From Iphione sp. A-MEVVRFRX5 (Eukaryota): a stretch of DNA of 64,000 nucleotides. Position numbers and translations under genes: made by a program. Positions 12,441-25,790 of the stretch are shown piece by piece. The DNA lies in NCBI GenBank assembly GCA_976226885.1, contig OZ320313.1:58032001-58096000 (forward strand), written 5' to 3'. The notes below the pieces were generated by a model. The model had not been told where the DNA came from and did no database searches. It saw only the letters and a program-made list of their open reading frames with translations. Each line of letters begins with the position of its first letter. The stretch's first letter is position 1.

Positions 12441-15226
12441 CCTCCCGGCATACGGCCGGTTACTGCTCTCCCATACTTTACAAGCTTTACTCATTTGCTC
12501 CTGTCTAGGTCGCTTCTCCAGGAGTTCTCTGGAGATCATGCTAATGTGCTCATTTTTTCCTTGGAGTAATTCGCAATTTGCTACTGACGCAGGTACGTGT
12601 TTTCCTAACCAAACCAGATGGCACTCGTAGCTGGCCACTAACCAGCAGAAAATATAGTGGTCGAAGCTAGGATTGTACTAGCTTCTCGTCAGTATAGCAT
12701 TTACCAAGAATGGTGTTAGTCAGGAAGCTGTTGGAAAGACGAACCGATTGCTAACCATCAATCACCCCAATCAGACATGCACATACCCATACATACACAC
12801 ATACATACATGTGTGATCGACAGGGGCACTTTGCATGGATTATGTCAATAGTTGATTGCAGGGCCATAATGTAAGACCGTGTTAAGACATGTGAAAGTGA
12901 TATTCGGAGAAACCAATTTGCTGATTTTCTACACCGGGTCTATCACCGCTTTCAAGTGCAAAAATATACCCTCCCTTGATTCTCATTGTGATGCTCGGTG
13001 GACTACTGTTGCCTGTGGTATAGATAAAAATCAGCAACATTTCTAGAATATGTAGGCCTGATTGTTTGTCGATCAGCACCGTGATACGCCTGATCGATGT
13101 CGAGGTGATCAATTATTCACATATGGTCCAGCCAACAGGTTACTGGCGTCGAGACCCTCCTTAGCCCAAGGCTGGGATCAAAGGCGGTCGAAAGCCTGTC
13201 CCGCCAATGACTGTGGCTTGCCATACCGTCCCTGCCTGTTGGGGAAGTATTCAGACGCATAGCCAGCATGTACTTGACGTGCGCATATTACCACCTTGTC
13301 TCCATACATACCATCAAGCTAGTATTCAGATCTACGAATACGACCGAGGCAAATCAGCACCATTATTTTATATCCTACTTCAAATGATACACATCTGAAG
13401 GATTACATGTACGAACACCTCCCTAAATATATTCAGCGGAACATGTAATCATCGCCACGAACAGGTATGCCATCCCTTTATTTATTGAATGTTGGTCTGC
13501 GTGGATCTGACCTTCTGGCAGGAAAGCAGTCGCAGAATCAATATCTAACGCCTAAAATATATACTTAATGTTCCGTCGATGTTTTCAACAAAATCAAAGT
13601 CGATGGGCCGCTCAGAATAGACTATGTTGTTGTAGATATGTGAATGCTGACAAACAGGTACTAAATTTCACAGTCTGTCACAGAGAAAGTCCAACAACCC
13701 TTTAATGTTAATGTGTATCTCATTAAACCCCCTCACAACAATAGAACCCATCCCATTCATGAGGTATTTGGATGTTGTTGAAATAGGAGAAACTATGGAT
13801 ATTTTCCCATATTGCTAGATCCAAACTGCAATGTTCTGAATGAATCTGTCCACCATCACCATATTCCCTATATCCAACGCATATTTACGTGAAGTATTCT
13901 TTGCCCATTCCCTGAAATACATATATATTTCTGATAAATCGAAGTATTATGTATGAGTAATCTTGACAACTGAGACACATAATGAAAGAAGAGTGCACAT
14001 AATGAAAGAAAATAAAGAAAGAAAATAACCAGCCTAACAATGGAGATACGTGGCATTGCCTCACCCATAAACATACCCCGTAATACAAGTGCGCTGAGGC
14101 TGGTCTACCTTACAATTCATACACATAAAATTACGAAAAATAGATTATAATGAATTATACTTGTGCCCTGTTGTTAGTGGCCTGATATGAATCCTGATGT
14201 ATATAGAATTATAATTCACATATGTTTTATTCATTTTGTAATCTGTCACTGCCAATCTGGTGTAAATAATGTTCGGCAGAGCAGTATTCCAATTATGTTT
14301 TCTGCATAGATGTATTTCAATTATCCTGGCTGCGTAAATGCGCTCGGTTTGGTTTACGATTTTTCAAAATATAAAAAAACTTCTACCACCTAGGTATTAT
14401 GGAAGCTAGAGAGAAATTGATGGAGTCCACTGTGCACGGCTTGAGCCCGGCAATTTCTGAGGAGCAACATAGCGTCGAGATACATCGACTTATTAGTCAG
14501 CGTAATTACGCAATCAATCAGGTATGGGACGGCCTCGGGCCGTGCCCCAATGCTATGGACTTGCCCAGTGTAATCACTCGACACTGGAGTTACTCAATGA
14601 GCAACTCTAAGAGTACACTGGACCAGAAGCATGAAGATTGCCTGGATCACCCGAGGAAAAAAATCTAATGAAGATTCACGGTCTGTATTACTAGAACTGA
14701 TTTTAAGAAATGGTCCCTTTGTGAATCGTATAGCTAGATTCGTTCTGTAACCTATGGGGCGGCAGCATATACTCATATATGTGAATTATATATATATTTA
14801 AGTTTACATATACAAGTGCAATCTGCTGTGCATAACGTCCTACGTTACTCTTACTCCCTTTGTGTTTTTCCAAACTCAGTTACATAGGGGCCTCTTGCTG
14901 AGTCTAGGAACCCCCAGCCACTTTCATACTTCCCAGCTTGACATCCTCTATAATATGTAGCTTGCCCCGTGAAAAAAGCCAAGCAGTACACAACTTGGTT
15001 GCGGTCATGGATGGCCTACGGGGCGGCAGCGAGTTATTGGATTAGTCAGAGCGTCTTGGTTTGATAGATGGCGCTATAAACGGATAGAGAAAGCGGGCGC
15101 CACCCTCTCAGGCATACCCTCTGCGCGGCGACAGGTCAGTGTGCTGTGCTGCTTCTGCTATTAAGGCCCCATCTGATACTGCTATTACTAATACCGCCAC
15201 CAGCACTATCCTTATGATGCTTCTAC

Positions 15227-15284
<58 letters not shown>

Positions 15285-15309
15285 ATTGATGGTGATGGTG
15301 ATGATGATA
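15227..15309. repeat. (GAT)n microsatellite with degenerate flank
   Basis: Perfect GAT run to about 15282, then degenerate GAT/GGT triplets. Confidence 0.95.
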
Positions 15310-18300
15310 CTTTATGAAAACTTAGGTTACCGAAGACATGCCATGTGTGTCTCTATGGGCCTCTATAAGTGTATTTGCACCATTTTCTGCCTCAGAACTT
15401 TAGTGCGTCAATGCCCCTGGATCACATTCGAGTCCGTGTTTACTTCTGCATAAGTGCTCCCTTACAACACATTATAGGAAAGGGTACTGACTATACCTAG
15501 AAATAAATAATAAAGATGCAATATCGGTGGCAGATACGATCCAGCCTACCTCGACAGAACATGTCATTGTCAGCGGTTATTTGCATTCACAGTGTGGTGA
15601 TGGGTGCCAGTCAAATCTATTGTAATACCCCGGTCCCATTTTCGTGCATGATGTGCTGAATACTTACGTTGTCCGTGTAGGATTTCCCTGGATGCATAAA
15701 TAACGCCGCCAAATTGCGTTACGCTAACTCGAACCCCGGATTTCCTAAAGGTTATCTATTCTATGTTGCCCAGAAATCCAATTCCATTACGTAGCCTGTA
15801 CAGCCCTAACATTAAATATTTTACCATGGGCTGAGGAAGTAAACAGTCCTACCAAATACATCTGAGTTGAAAAATCACTTGTAATTTTATACTTGCCATA
15901 ATGTGTTAAAAGGAACAGGAGCAGCCTAATCACTATAGACAAAATTATGCGGAATCTAGTTGCAAGGTCCGTTAGCCACAGCATGTATTTGATTCTATCC
16001 CAAATCACTACATTTCATTTTCATAAATCTCTCAAACATCCGGTAAGTAGGCTTGTAATACGATCCAAGAACAGTGTACAGAATAACATTTTGAAATACG
16101 CAGCGAAGCAGCAAATTTTGGATGAAAAGTGGGAGAATGTCCTTTAAGGTAGATAAGGAGCGTTCAAACGTAGTAATCGAAATTAACCTACATGTAAAAA
16201 AGCATTTGACCAGGAGAATCGTTTGCATTATCAGTTGCTAGAGTGTCAGGGATTTATAGTATGAGACATGCCTTAGGGTAAATACGGTAAACCACGGTTC
16301 TCTGAATATTATACTTCCATTCCTTTTAATGTAACATCGTGGCAAACGTCTTCGGAAATCGAAATCAGATCAGAAAAAGACCACAAGGTGGAACACACAC
16401 TAATCTAAGAGCACGTTGGAAATATTTCAGCACGGCCGACGCTAACTATAAGACAAAGAGACGAACGGATTATAACCGAGACAATCGGCATATTTCTATA
16501 TAGAAAAAAAACACAAAGGACACCAGGCTGCAACAAAGACGAATCTATTTCAGTACCATTGGTGGTCTACTGTGCGAGAAAGGTGTGAATTCGATAATTT
16601 CAAGAAACGTTTGCGATCTTTGTGGTCAAACGTTTTAAAACATTGTTTCGCATGGATAACATGTTTCCTAGAAAACTCCAGCAGATTAGTCCTGAGGAAA
16701 TTTGCTGTACACGAGAAGTTCTTATATAAAACCTCATTTGATATACCAACGGTAGACACCCGCTATACCTTGTAAGATTACTCTCTAAGAAACAAACACA
16801 CCTGCTACCACACCTCTTACAGTCTTTCCGTCTCTCTTTGCTTATCTTTTACCCATCTGTTTAGACACAAAAGCGTCAGAAGAGGAGAGAACAGATTCTC
16901 TCAATTATGTCAATCTCCGCTGGTTTATATTCCATCGCCACTAACTGCGGATTTCCGAAACATTGGTACGTGGGGATCACAACTGCTGCATGCAGCACTG
17001 GAGGTTTACAAATGAGTGGTCTTCGGAAACGTAATATGAACAGAAATGTTCTGGCGGCACTACACATATTTGCAGAGTAAGTAGAAGCTTTTGAAGCTAG
17101 AGAAATGGAGAAGGTAGTTCGTGTGCACTAGCAGTGGGCTGATCTCACAGGCAATCACCTTTGAGGTGACCTGAGAGGGAGCTTGGCCCACAGAGGGAGT
17201 CCTATCCATACGGTCGCCATGGACACCGTTCAGCGCCGTAATGAATGATATCTGAGGACTTTGATGTGCGCCAGCGAGCGGTCAAAGTTGTCAGTAGAGG
17301 AGGCAACTAGAAAGGGATTTTCACAAGGTAGCACCACTGGTGTGTTGTGGAGAGTTCCTCAGAACGAGTTGCGAGATTACAGTGACACCACCAGACGGAG
17401 CACGAAGCCCCGCCTGTGTTAGCAGTCCTCATGCGCCTCCGAGGAGATGTCCCTGGAAAGACACTGAACTTATCAAGGCCACACCTAAAGAACACAAGTA
17501 GGAAGAGGAGCAGAACTAGAGATAGATTTGATGATAAAGGTGAAAAAAAACAGACAAAAAGTAGGATATAAGCCTTAGGTAGTATAATCCAACATAGATG
17601 TAAGTGTTAATTTAAGGGAAGCATTTCTGCAGAAGGAAATTATGCCGCACCATTTACATTAAAGAGCGTCGGAAATTTTCAGATTTCGAATACAATCGCT
17701 TCTCAATAATACTACATTTCAGAGAGAACATGACAAAATAGTCCTTGCTTCGGACAATCATGAATACATTCACGTTGACAGCAAGGGACATGCCTCTCTC
17801 CCCTCTTTCACCCATCTCTTGGACGCTCTGGCGTCCAAAGACAGAACCTTAGTGGGGACTTGCTCTTTAGTAAATCACAGCTGCTCTCATTAGCATCTCC
17901 AGATATGACATATATTGTCCCGACAGAGAAGAAAAGGGGACATGTGAAAAAAGTGGACTCAATGTCTTCTTGCGACAGGATGCCGACATCACAGCATGGT
18001 ACTCCTTACAGCGACCGACTTGCCCATTGAGGTTTCTAATTGGTAAAAAGTCTGATCAGGACAAGACAAAAAGAATATACGTCATATGAAGAAATGCTGC
18101 CAATGATATACACGCCGCTTTAGCATTAATCTCCCCGAGATACCATGCAACAATAACAAACGTCAGGAGAGAAGCAAGACTGTAATACACGAGTGCAACG
18201 CATGCAGCTAGCTAAAGTAAGTAATTTAGTGTGGTGTTATTGACGAGAGTCGAGAGTATACGCGTTCTCCTCTACAAAACACTTATATGGTAATGGCCTA

Positions 18301-20772
18301 CTTTATTGTTGGATCGCGTTTCAATCGGCATTAAGATACAAGCTGAATTCTAAAAGAAATAGTTTATTGAATAACTGCTTGGAGCAGAAGGACAGACAGG
18401 CATAGTTCCCATTCCATTCCCTCTTTTTTCAATGAGGCATGGGAATCAATATAACCCTAATCACTCCGCTGCGAACCCGTAGTGATTTTTTACATCGTAA
18501 TTGTTAATCTCACATTATATAAGAATAAATAATACTAGCCGAATTCAACAATGTCAAGTAAAAAGCATCAAATATAGATCCCTTTGGAAAAAATACAAAC
18601 ATTAAACATTTTTAGCATATGTAGTGTGTACCAGTCTACATGTATGAACGGAAAGTCTATTGTGGGAACTCATCTTGAATCGTCTTACCATGCTAGTAGA
18701 AGCAATATGAGTTTCTACAATATCTTAAGGAGCAGACATCCGCAGTTAATTGATATAAAAGTTCGACCTTTGTTTACGCGATCTTGATCATGATTGGATG
18801 TCCATAAGAGTCCTTGTCCTTAACCTGAATTTAGTGAACATGTGCCATATGTACATGTACATGTATATCCTTTCGTTCAATACTGGAGCAAATCTTCGGA
18901 AAATCCATGGTTAATTTAGCAGTGAATGGCTGCCTTAAATTTAATTAAAACAAAAGACGGGTGAATGATTATATTTCTACTTCTAAGTAAAAATAATACC
19001 CATGTAGAAAAATAATGTGTACCTACTATTCCCGTGTGCAATTATTCAGATCAAACCTATATATAACTTCCTCATAGCTGATGTATAATTTATATTTTCC
19101 CAACCTGAAGAATACGCCTTTACCAGTCAACATGCTCTAAGACCATTCTGCATTACACACAGCACCTAGATTCATGAAAATGATGTCTTGCAACACCAAC
19201 AGACATAACCACTCTCTTTATATGAGCCTGTCTAGTTAAAATCATGACACCTGGGTGGGACATACTATATGTATGAATAATTACATTTCCATGTAGATAT
19301 GTACTGCTATAATAACCATGCAGCGCAACGGACCGTCGGTCAGATATACATGTACATGTATTATCCATTTGATGAATTGCCTCCTGCAGGTTGACGAGAA
19401 ACAATGAGTCTCATAAGGACAATAAAACGCGTGGACTCACGTTAGTGTCGCTAGCTTTGTATAGTAAATCATTGCGCCGGTTAATTGTACTTGGTCACTG
19501 TGGACTGCAACTAAAGTCTTCCCATTCCCTCACGTGTACCTGCAAATGTGATTGGGATAAATATCTTCCTTGCTATTTAATCTTCGTGTCTGTCTTGCCT
19601 TCCGTTTAAAAAATACGTCCCATAGTCCACCATGATTGGAAAACTACTTGTGTACGAGGGTTGACCCAAGTAGACAGTTTCGTAATAAATGATTTCGTGA
19701 GTTGTCTTTGGTTCCAGATAAAACATCTATTACCCATCAACTATCACCAGAGACTTAAACGTCGAGTAGTTATAAATTTAAGGGGAAAACCTAATCTTAA
19801 ATTGAATAATTGAAGTCTATACTTCGTAAAGATCTGAGCACACGAAAACAGGGGTTTAGCAGCTTTATGGTCACTAGCCTTTTACTCATAAAAAACTGTG
19901 GGCAACTCATATTTGTCTGAACAACCAGTGTCAATACTAGTCACTCAGCAATGACCGCAATATTTAATTGTATAATAACGCTTAATCTCGACAAGGAGAA
20001 ACTTCACCGATAATATTTCCAACGTGCACATATCAGAATTATATTGGTCAAATCTTCTGTGACTTAAAGATAACAATATCATCCCTTCTAAGGAGTACTA
20101 AAATTTGAGTATTTTAGGAGGGGGGACGAAACATTGTCAAAAAAGAATATCGTCTTAGTCGTGGATGTTTAATACGTTTATTGTAAGCAAAATGGCAAAT
20201 ATCTCCAATGAGAATTAGGTTTGGTGACGTACTATAATCATGCTTTAATATTATTACATATTAAAGAGGGAGAACTATGTGTAACTGACGGCAGGGTACA
20301 GGTTGGAGCTTCAGGGAACGAGCCAAGGTGAGAGGATGTGATCGAGAGACGGAAGGGAATGTGTGATTGTTAGCCTTGGTTGGAACTCAGGCCCACTTGG
20401 TGTGGATCATGAGTGCACCGCTGCCTTCTCCAGGTTCTCCCAGTGCTGCTCTGTCACGGAGTGTTTTCTTAACGTGCATCCGGTACCACTAAGCCACTTT
20501 TTAATAGACCTTCGTTTTCGTCCTTTTCACATCAACGACAAAACAATTGTTTGCCGATGGCATCCAAAACAGAGTCATCCTTGCGCAGCGATAATGGCAA
20601 GGCATGGGGATGTTAATATTTGGTTGCTCAATTCACGGGGGTTGAATTACCGACTGGACTGTTTGTGTTGGAGCTGAGCACCCGGCGATCCACGCGCCGA
20701 AATTGGCCGACCCACTACTCGTATGATTGAAAAGTGCGCCTTATTCTAGTATATTATGGCTGACAAATAAAA

Positions 20773-21120
20773 CTAATCGAATTCCAGGTATGAGTCAGCT
20801 GCATCCGCACACTGATTTAGACTAAAGTGGTAAAAGCTAAACGTCCCAGGTTTCATCAAAGTCAAGTACCTATAGTAGTAGTGGACATGATCAAATTTAT
20901 TTCTAAAGTTATGAGTTATCACTTTACGGCAAGATGGTGCGAATCCTTCAAGACAGCTTGTAATGTAACATAAACATGGCTGTAAATATACTGTGTATGT
21001 CAAGCTACCGTCAGCTGCAAACAACTTTAGTAAGGTCACATTTATTTAGACCACGAAGTTTTCATATAAGTTCAGCTCCTCCTGAGGCATAAACTTCAAT
21101 CTGTATCACGAAAAGACATT
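20773..21120 (-). mobile_element. Highly degenerate LINE RT fragment
   Basis: MPQEELNLYENFVV*INVTLLKLFAADGSL resembles VPQGSVLGP..F...INDL...KLFADD. Confidence 0.45.
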
Positions 21121-22251
21121 TCATGTATTGTCAGCAAAATCTACTTTAAGCCCTTGATGAAGAGAATCTCTCTACAGTTAAACACAATGGAACTCTTGAC
21201 TACTGTTTCTAATTATCTAGGACTTCGATTTCAGATGCATTTTCCTCGCGTCTAATATTAGGCCTTGATGGATAAAAACGTTCACACCGACGTACAACCC
21301 AGCGAAATATTAGTACAATGGCTTATGTATGTATGCTTGTGTCCCTGTCATTGTAAAAGTTTACAAATTCTTCTTGGTGCAAACCTGATGCTGTCTTGAG
21401 GGACTAGCATGTATTGTTTTTCTCACCTCTGAAGCCTTGGAAGATATAACTTACCTGAAAGTTACCCTTTCTATCTCACTTTTGATAGTATAGAATATAC
21501 GATTGGCAAAACTAATCTTCCTTTTGCTTCTCTGGGCTTTGTTATATATATGCGTATACAGTAGAATTGAGATGAATTGAAAAGAATTTTTGTAAAGCAG
21601 ACTATCGGCATGAAATGGTGTGTTTTATAGTGCAGATACAATGCAGGTTGGATATACACACACACATATATATTGTTGTGGTGAATTAAATCATTATTAT
21701 ATTTTCTATTCCCTTATATCAGCGAATAATAGAATAAATACATTCTTAATCTTGATAAAGACTTGAATTTTCTCTGCCATCTTGAATTCAGAATCATAGT
21801 CTATACATCTGAATAATATATCCCTACTGTTTCAACATCAATCACCTGATAGAAAATTGACTTCTTAACTTTTTCATTCCTCGGTCTACCAACCGCAATC
21901 ACCGGTCCATCATAATTTCTTGTACGATGACCTTCAACCAAAGATAGATTATTTCATTTCATCATGATCTGGATTGTACAAATCAAGAAATACCTTCGTC
22001 TTAAAAAGGTACTCCTAACATTATATTTCTCATGTAGTTGTCTACTGGATAGCCTACCAGTTGATCTGTTGATCCTGCTATCAACAATTGCTTTAGCTCT
22101 GTTTTGTAGTCTCTGAAGCCTCTGTAATGATCTTAGAGATGATCTTAGAGAGCAGTATAGGAAAAAAATTGAGTAATCTGTGATTGGTCTATTGCCTTGA
22201 ACAAGGTTAATAAATCCCTTTTATTCAGTGAGCTTTTTATTTTAATCATTA

Positions 22252-22430
22252 CAGTGGAACCCCTCTACTGAGGACACCCTCCATATAAAGGACACCTCAT
22301 ATTATGTAAAGACTGGAAACCGAACCAAATCTATGGAAGTATGTTTAAAAACTGCTGCTATAAATGACAATCCTCTTTATGGACATTTTTGGTCAGTCCC
22401 TTTGCTGTCCCTAGTAAAGTGGTTCCACTG
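22252..22430. mobile_element. Complete Tc1/mariner(pogo)-type MITE, 179 bp
   Basis: TA|CAGTGGAACC...GGTTCCACTG|TA: terminal inverted repeats with a TA target duplication, inserted in the LINE. Confidence 0.9.
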
Positions 22431-22556
22431 TATATATATATATTCTGGGATTGCCTCTTGTGTACTATTTCCAATTCTGTATGAAATTTCAATTCAGAAT
22501 CTATTATGATACCCTTATATGCTTATATGTACTAACATATTCAAATAAATAGAGGA

Positions 22557-22945
22557 TACTCCAAAACCAAACACTCAAAAACCAAATTTCCCCAAATCCG
22601 AACATATTTAACCAGTACCAATTGTTTTTTATCTGTTAAAATACTCATAAAACCAAACATTTGTATTCCAAATCCAAACAAATTTGGCTAAATTTGGCTG
22701 GTTTTGCGGAATTTCGGATGAATTTGGCTGAGTTTTGCCAATTTTCGGACAAATTTGGCTCAGTTTTGTCAATTTTTGAAGGAATTTGGCTGGATTTTGC
22801 CAATTTTCAGACAATTTTGACTGAATTATGCCATTTTTGGATGAATTTGGCAGAGTTTTGCTGATTTTTGGATGAATTTAAACTCTGAATTTTCCAAAAT
22901 CTGACCGAAATAACCTGAAACGGCCATCATTCGGTTTTTGAGTAG
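22557..22945. mobile_element. Non-autonomous inverted-repeat element with an internal ~31-bp minisatellite
   Basis: TACTC(C/A)AAAACCAAA on the left versus TTCGGTTTTTGAGTA on the right. About six units of GAATTTGGCTGAGTTTTGCCAATTTTCGGAT at about 22680-22880. Exact ends uncertain. Confidence 0.55.
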
Positions 22946-23989
22946 TGATATTTCCATTAAGAAATATATCTGGGAGAGTTGTTAAATCATTTCCTTGGTG
23001 CAATATACATAATTTCTGACTGCTGTATCAATAAGAATCTTGTTTTTTTTAACACAAATCACTGTATTCGTTACATACTCTCTAAATGTATGTTTCATTA
23101 CAAGACTATCATCAGCAAATAAAAACCATCTCACTAGAAATATGCTCAGGAAGATCAATGATGAACACTGAGAAGACTAGGCGACCAAGGGTTGACCCTT
23201 GAGGAACTCCATGCTTAGTCTGTTGTAAGTTGGAATTTCCATCGTTTATTTGGCAACGTTGATGTCTATCATCTAAATATTTCATGAAAAATCCTAGGCT
23301 TGTTTGATCAAAGCTAATTTTTCTAACTCATTTATAAGTAGTGACCTGTTAACCACATCAAAAACCTTTTTTAAGTTGAAGAATGTCAGGTTTATGTGAC
23401 GGAATTTGTTGTAAATAATTATAATAGGCAATACAAAGAACACCAAAAATTGCTTCCTTAGCTCCTCTACCTTTCTTGAATCCAAACTGATTTGAACTAA
23501 GTAATTTTGTTGTCTTCCGCGTGATTATATAGCTGGTTAAAAATTAATTTTTCCAGTATTTTCCTAATTAGGGGAAGGCTTGAGATTGGCCCTTAATTAT
23601 GTATTTTATCGCGAGATCCATTCTTAAAAATTGTTACTATTCTAGCAATCTTCCATTCACGTGGGATACGTCCAGTATCTTATTGAATAGAATGGTGAGT
23701 CGGCATAGTGACCATATCAAAATGTTTAGAAGGTCAGCAGACCAGGTGCTGCTCGCCACCATCCCATAAATGTTATCACCCTGATCTAGATATCCAGCTG
23801 AAAGAGACAAGAGGCACGATCCAAAAATCTATCTCTTGAATCTAATTGGAGTAATGTATCTTAGCCTCTAGGGCATACAACATGTGGTGTTTAATCTGCA
23901 AGATGTTGAAGACTAATGGTGGGGATGAACCAAATCAGACATGTAAGCACCCTCTGTGATCAGTAATCCAGCATAACAGTACTAAAGTT

Positions 23990-24560
23990 ATTGTTATACC
24001 AAATCTAGAATTTGGGAAAGGATCAATGAAATGCTTCAACAAACCTTTATTCCAAAAATTGGAGGGACAGCTGTTAAGGGCAGTCAAAATCATATGGGGA
24101 TGTATACATCAAAATTATCAAACAATTATGTCACATACAATTATGCCTTTCAGATATAGAAGCACCTACTATAGTTTAACACTCCACCATATGTCACTCC
24201 ACAAAGAGTATCAGAGAGTCAAACACAACTGCATACTTCGGAATGCTACACTAAAGATAATTCAACAAAAAACTGACCCATACAAGCCCTATGGAGAACT
24301 GGAAGGTACACTGAATAAACACCATCGAACATAAAAAACAACATAGACCCAGAGCATAAAATCCTTCAATAATCTCAATGTATACATCACTGCATGAAAA
24401 GATCACTCATATCTACATGTATTGTGTAGATTGTATATATTGTATATAGCATTGTAAATATCGTGTACATACCATGTAAATAGTACTTAAGGAACAGTCC
24501 CTATGTATGCAGTAAAATCCTGACAATATTTTAACGTCAGGTAAAATGTTTGAATAAAAA
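23990..24560 (+). mobile_element. LINE 3' remnant
   Basis: LFQKLEGQLLRAVKII and CILRNATLKI resemble post-RT LINE C-terminal motifs, followed by an AT-rich 3' region ending near GAATAAAAAAG. Confidence 0.5.
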
Positions 24561-24839
24561 AGAAATGCTAGCATCTGGTTTGTTGTCGATTAGGATGTGC
24601 GGCATTGACTGAAATTGGAACCTTCAAAGGTTTGCCCATCCAAAAGATTATGAATCTTAATTGAATCTGCTGAACGAGAATTTCATTTTATTTCTTCTGT
24701 TTTCCTGATTCTTTCTCAGACAATTTTTCAGCAGCCTGTCAACTGCCCTTTGGCGTCCCCAGATCGAGTGTCCTCTTGAAAGTAAAACAGAGTAAAAGCT
24801 TCAAATTCCGAACTTGATGAGGTCAAGTATGTTGAAACG

Positions 24840-25790
24840 GTTACAGAGCGTAATCCAAATCAAGATCCCTCAAGTAAACAATGTAAATGCAGACTGGAAG
24901 CAACTAAAGGCGAGGACGTTGACACAATATAATAGTATGAACCCAATTGAAAGGAAGAAAGTAAGACCACAACTGCCAGGCTAGATCATGAAGCTATAGA
25001 ACTAATGCGATGTAAGCAACAGTTATACAGACAGGCTAGGTCGAGTGGTGCATTAGAGGACCGCCTTGTGTATAAAGTAGCACAAAAAACGGTAAAGCAG
25101 ATTTAAGAAAAGAAAACGTTCTTATAAGATCGACAATGCCGAAGCGTTGTAGCATGATCCAAGTGAATACTGCGTACATCTCCTGGGATGTGGTAGGCCA
25201 CCGATGACAGAAATTAGCATAGACGAAAACGGGAAACAACCGACTGTCACGTGCTTCCAGACAGACTTAATTCGTCCTTCTCAAATATAAGTAGACAAAT
25301 AAGTGACACACTAGGACCCGTTGTGAGCACTAAACTACCTGATTTGCTATTATGCAGAGAAATCCTTCCTGAATCTAGGATCACCCGATGGATGTGAGTA
25401 AACTACTTCGTCTTTTGCTGCTCAGGTCCTCAGGTGTTGGGGACAATAAAAACAATCAAACAAGTCCTTCTTCTGACATTGCTAACAATCACCAGCTTAA
25501 TAAACCGGAGTTTTCACTCAGGGTTGGTTCCTGGGAGCGCAGCACGGTTATTCCGCTCCATAAGTGTGGGCCCTCGGGCAGGCTAGAAACGTATGGACCC
25601 ATAGGCCTCTTGACAGTTTTTTTAAAAATCTGGAACGCCTCGTACACACATTTATATACAATCACCTTCAGGACGACAACCTCTCATTTATATACCAATA
25701 TTGTTATCATAGAGGCCTGTCAACAGAACTAGCAGTTGATAAAATGCTACACTACATCCACAGAGGTCTTAACAGCTGAGATTAGACAGC
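24840..25790 (+). mobile_element. Degenerate LINE ORF2 (EN-RT linker and RT N-terminus)
   Basis: NVNADWKQLK...NPIERKKVR, DVSKLL...RSSGVGD, STVIPLHKCG...TYGPIGLLTVFLKI and LERLVHTFIYNHL...YQYCYHRGLSTELAV. Confidence 0.75.

Larger units (their letters stand above)
21700..23800 (-). mobile_element. Degenerate LINE (CR1/L2/Crack group) RT region interrupted by two MITEs
   Basis: Minus-strand pieces in order: TGRIPREWKIARIVTIFKNG...GPISSLPLIRKILEKL, NQFGFKKGRG, FNLKKVFDVVNRSLLINELEKL, HGVPQGSTLG, LFADDS, LQRLQNRAK and RTRNYDGPVIAVGRPR. Multiple stops and frameshifts. Confidence 0.85.

Noticed and set aside
15139-15453. ORF with a poly-Met run
   Set aside because: Artefact of translating the (GAT)n microsatellite.
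17100-17500. Strong acceptor and donor sites here and at many other positions (for example 13014, 33773, 52417, 53602, 55328, 56110)
   Set aside because: Splice-like sites are expected by chance at this frequency; frames were closed or unrecognisable, so no exon was called.
17819-17852. 8-bp GC hairpin followed by CTTAG as a Helitron 3' end
   Set aside because: The terminus is not CTRR, no 5' TC end was identified, and such hairpins arise by chance in 64 kb.
20380-20560. RTE-type LINE C-terminal-like peptide (KHSVTEQHWENLEKAA, minus strand)
   Set aside because: Similarity is limited to a few residues, with no supporting neighbouring motifs.
22680-22880. CRISPR-like array (also considered for 57368-57648 and 62085-62330)
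   Set aside because: Units are contiguous, degenerate tandem repeats without unique spacers, in eukaryotic DNA with no cas genes.
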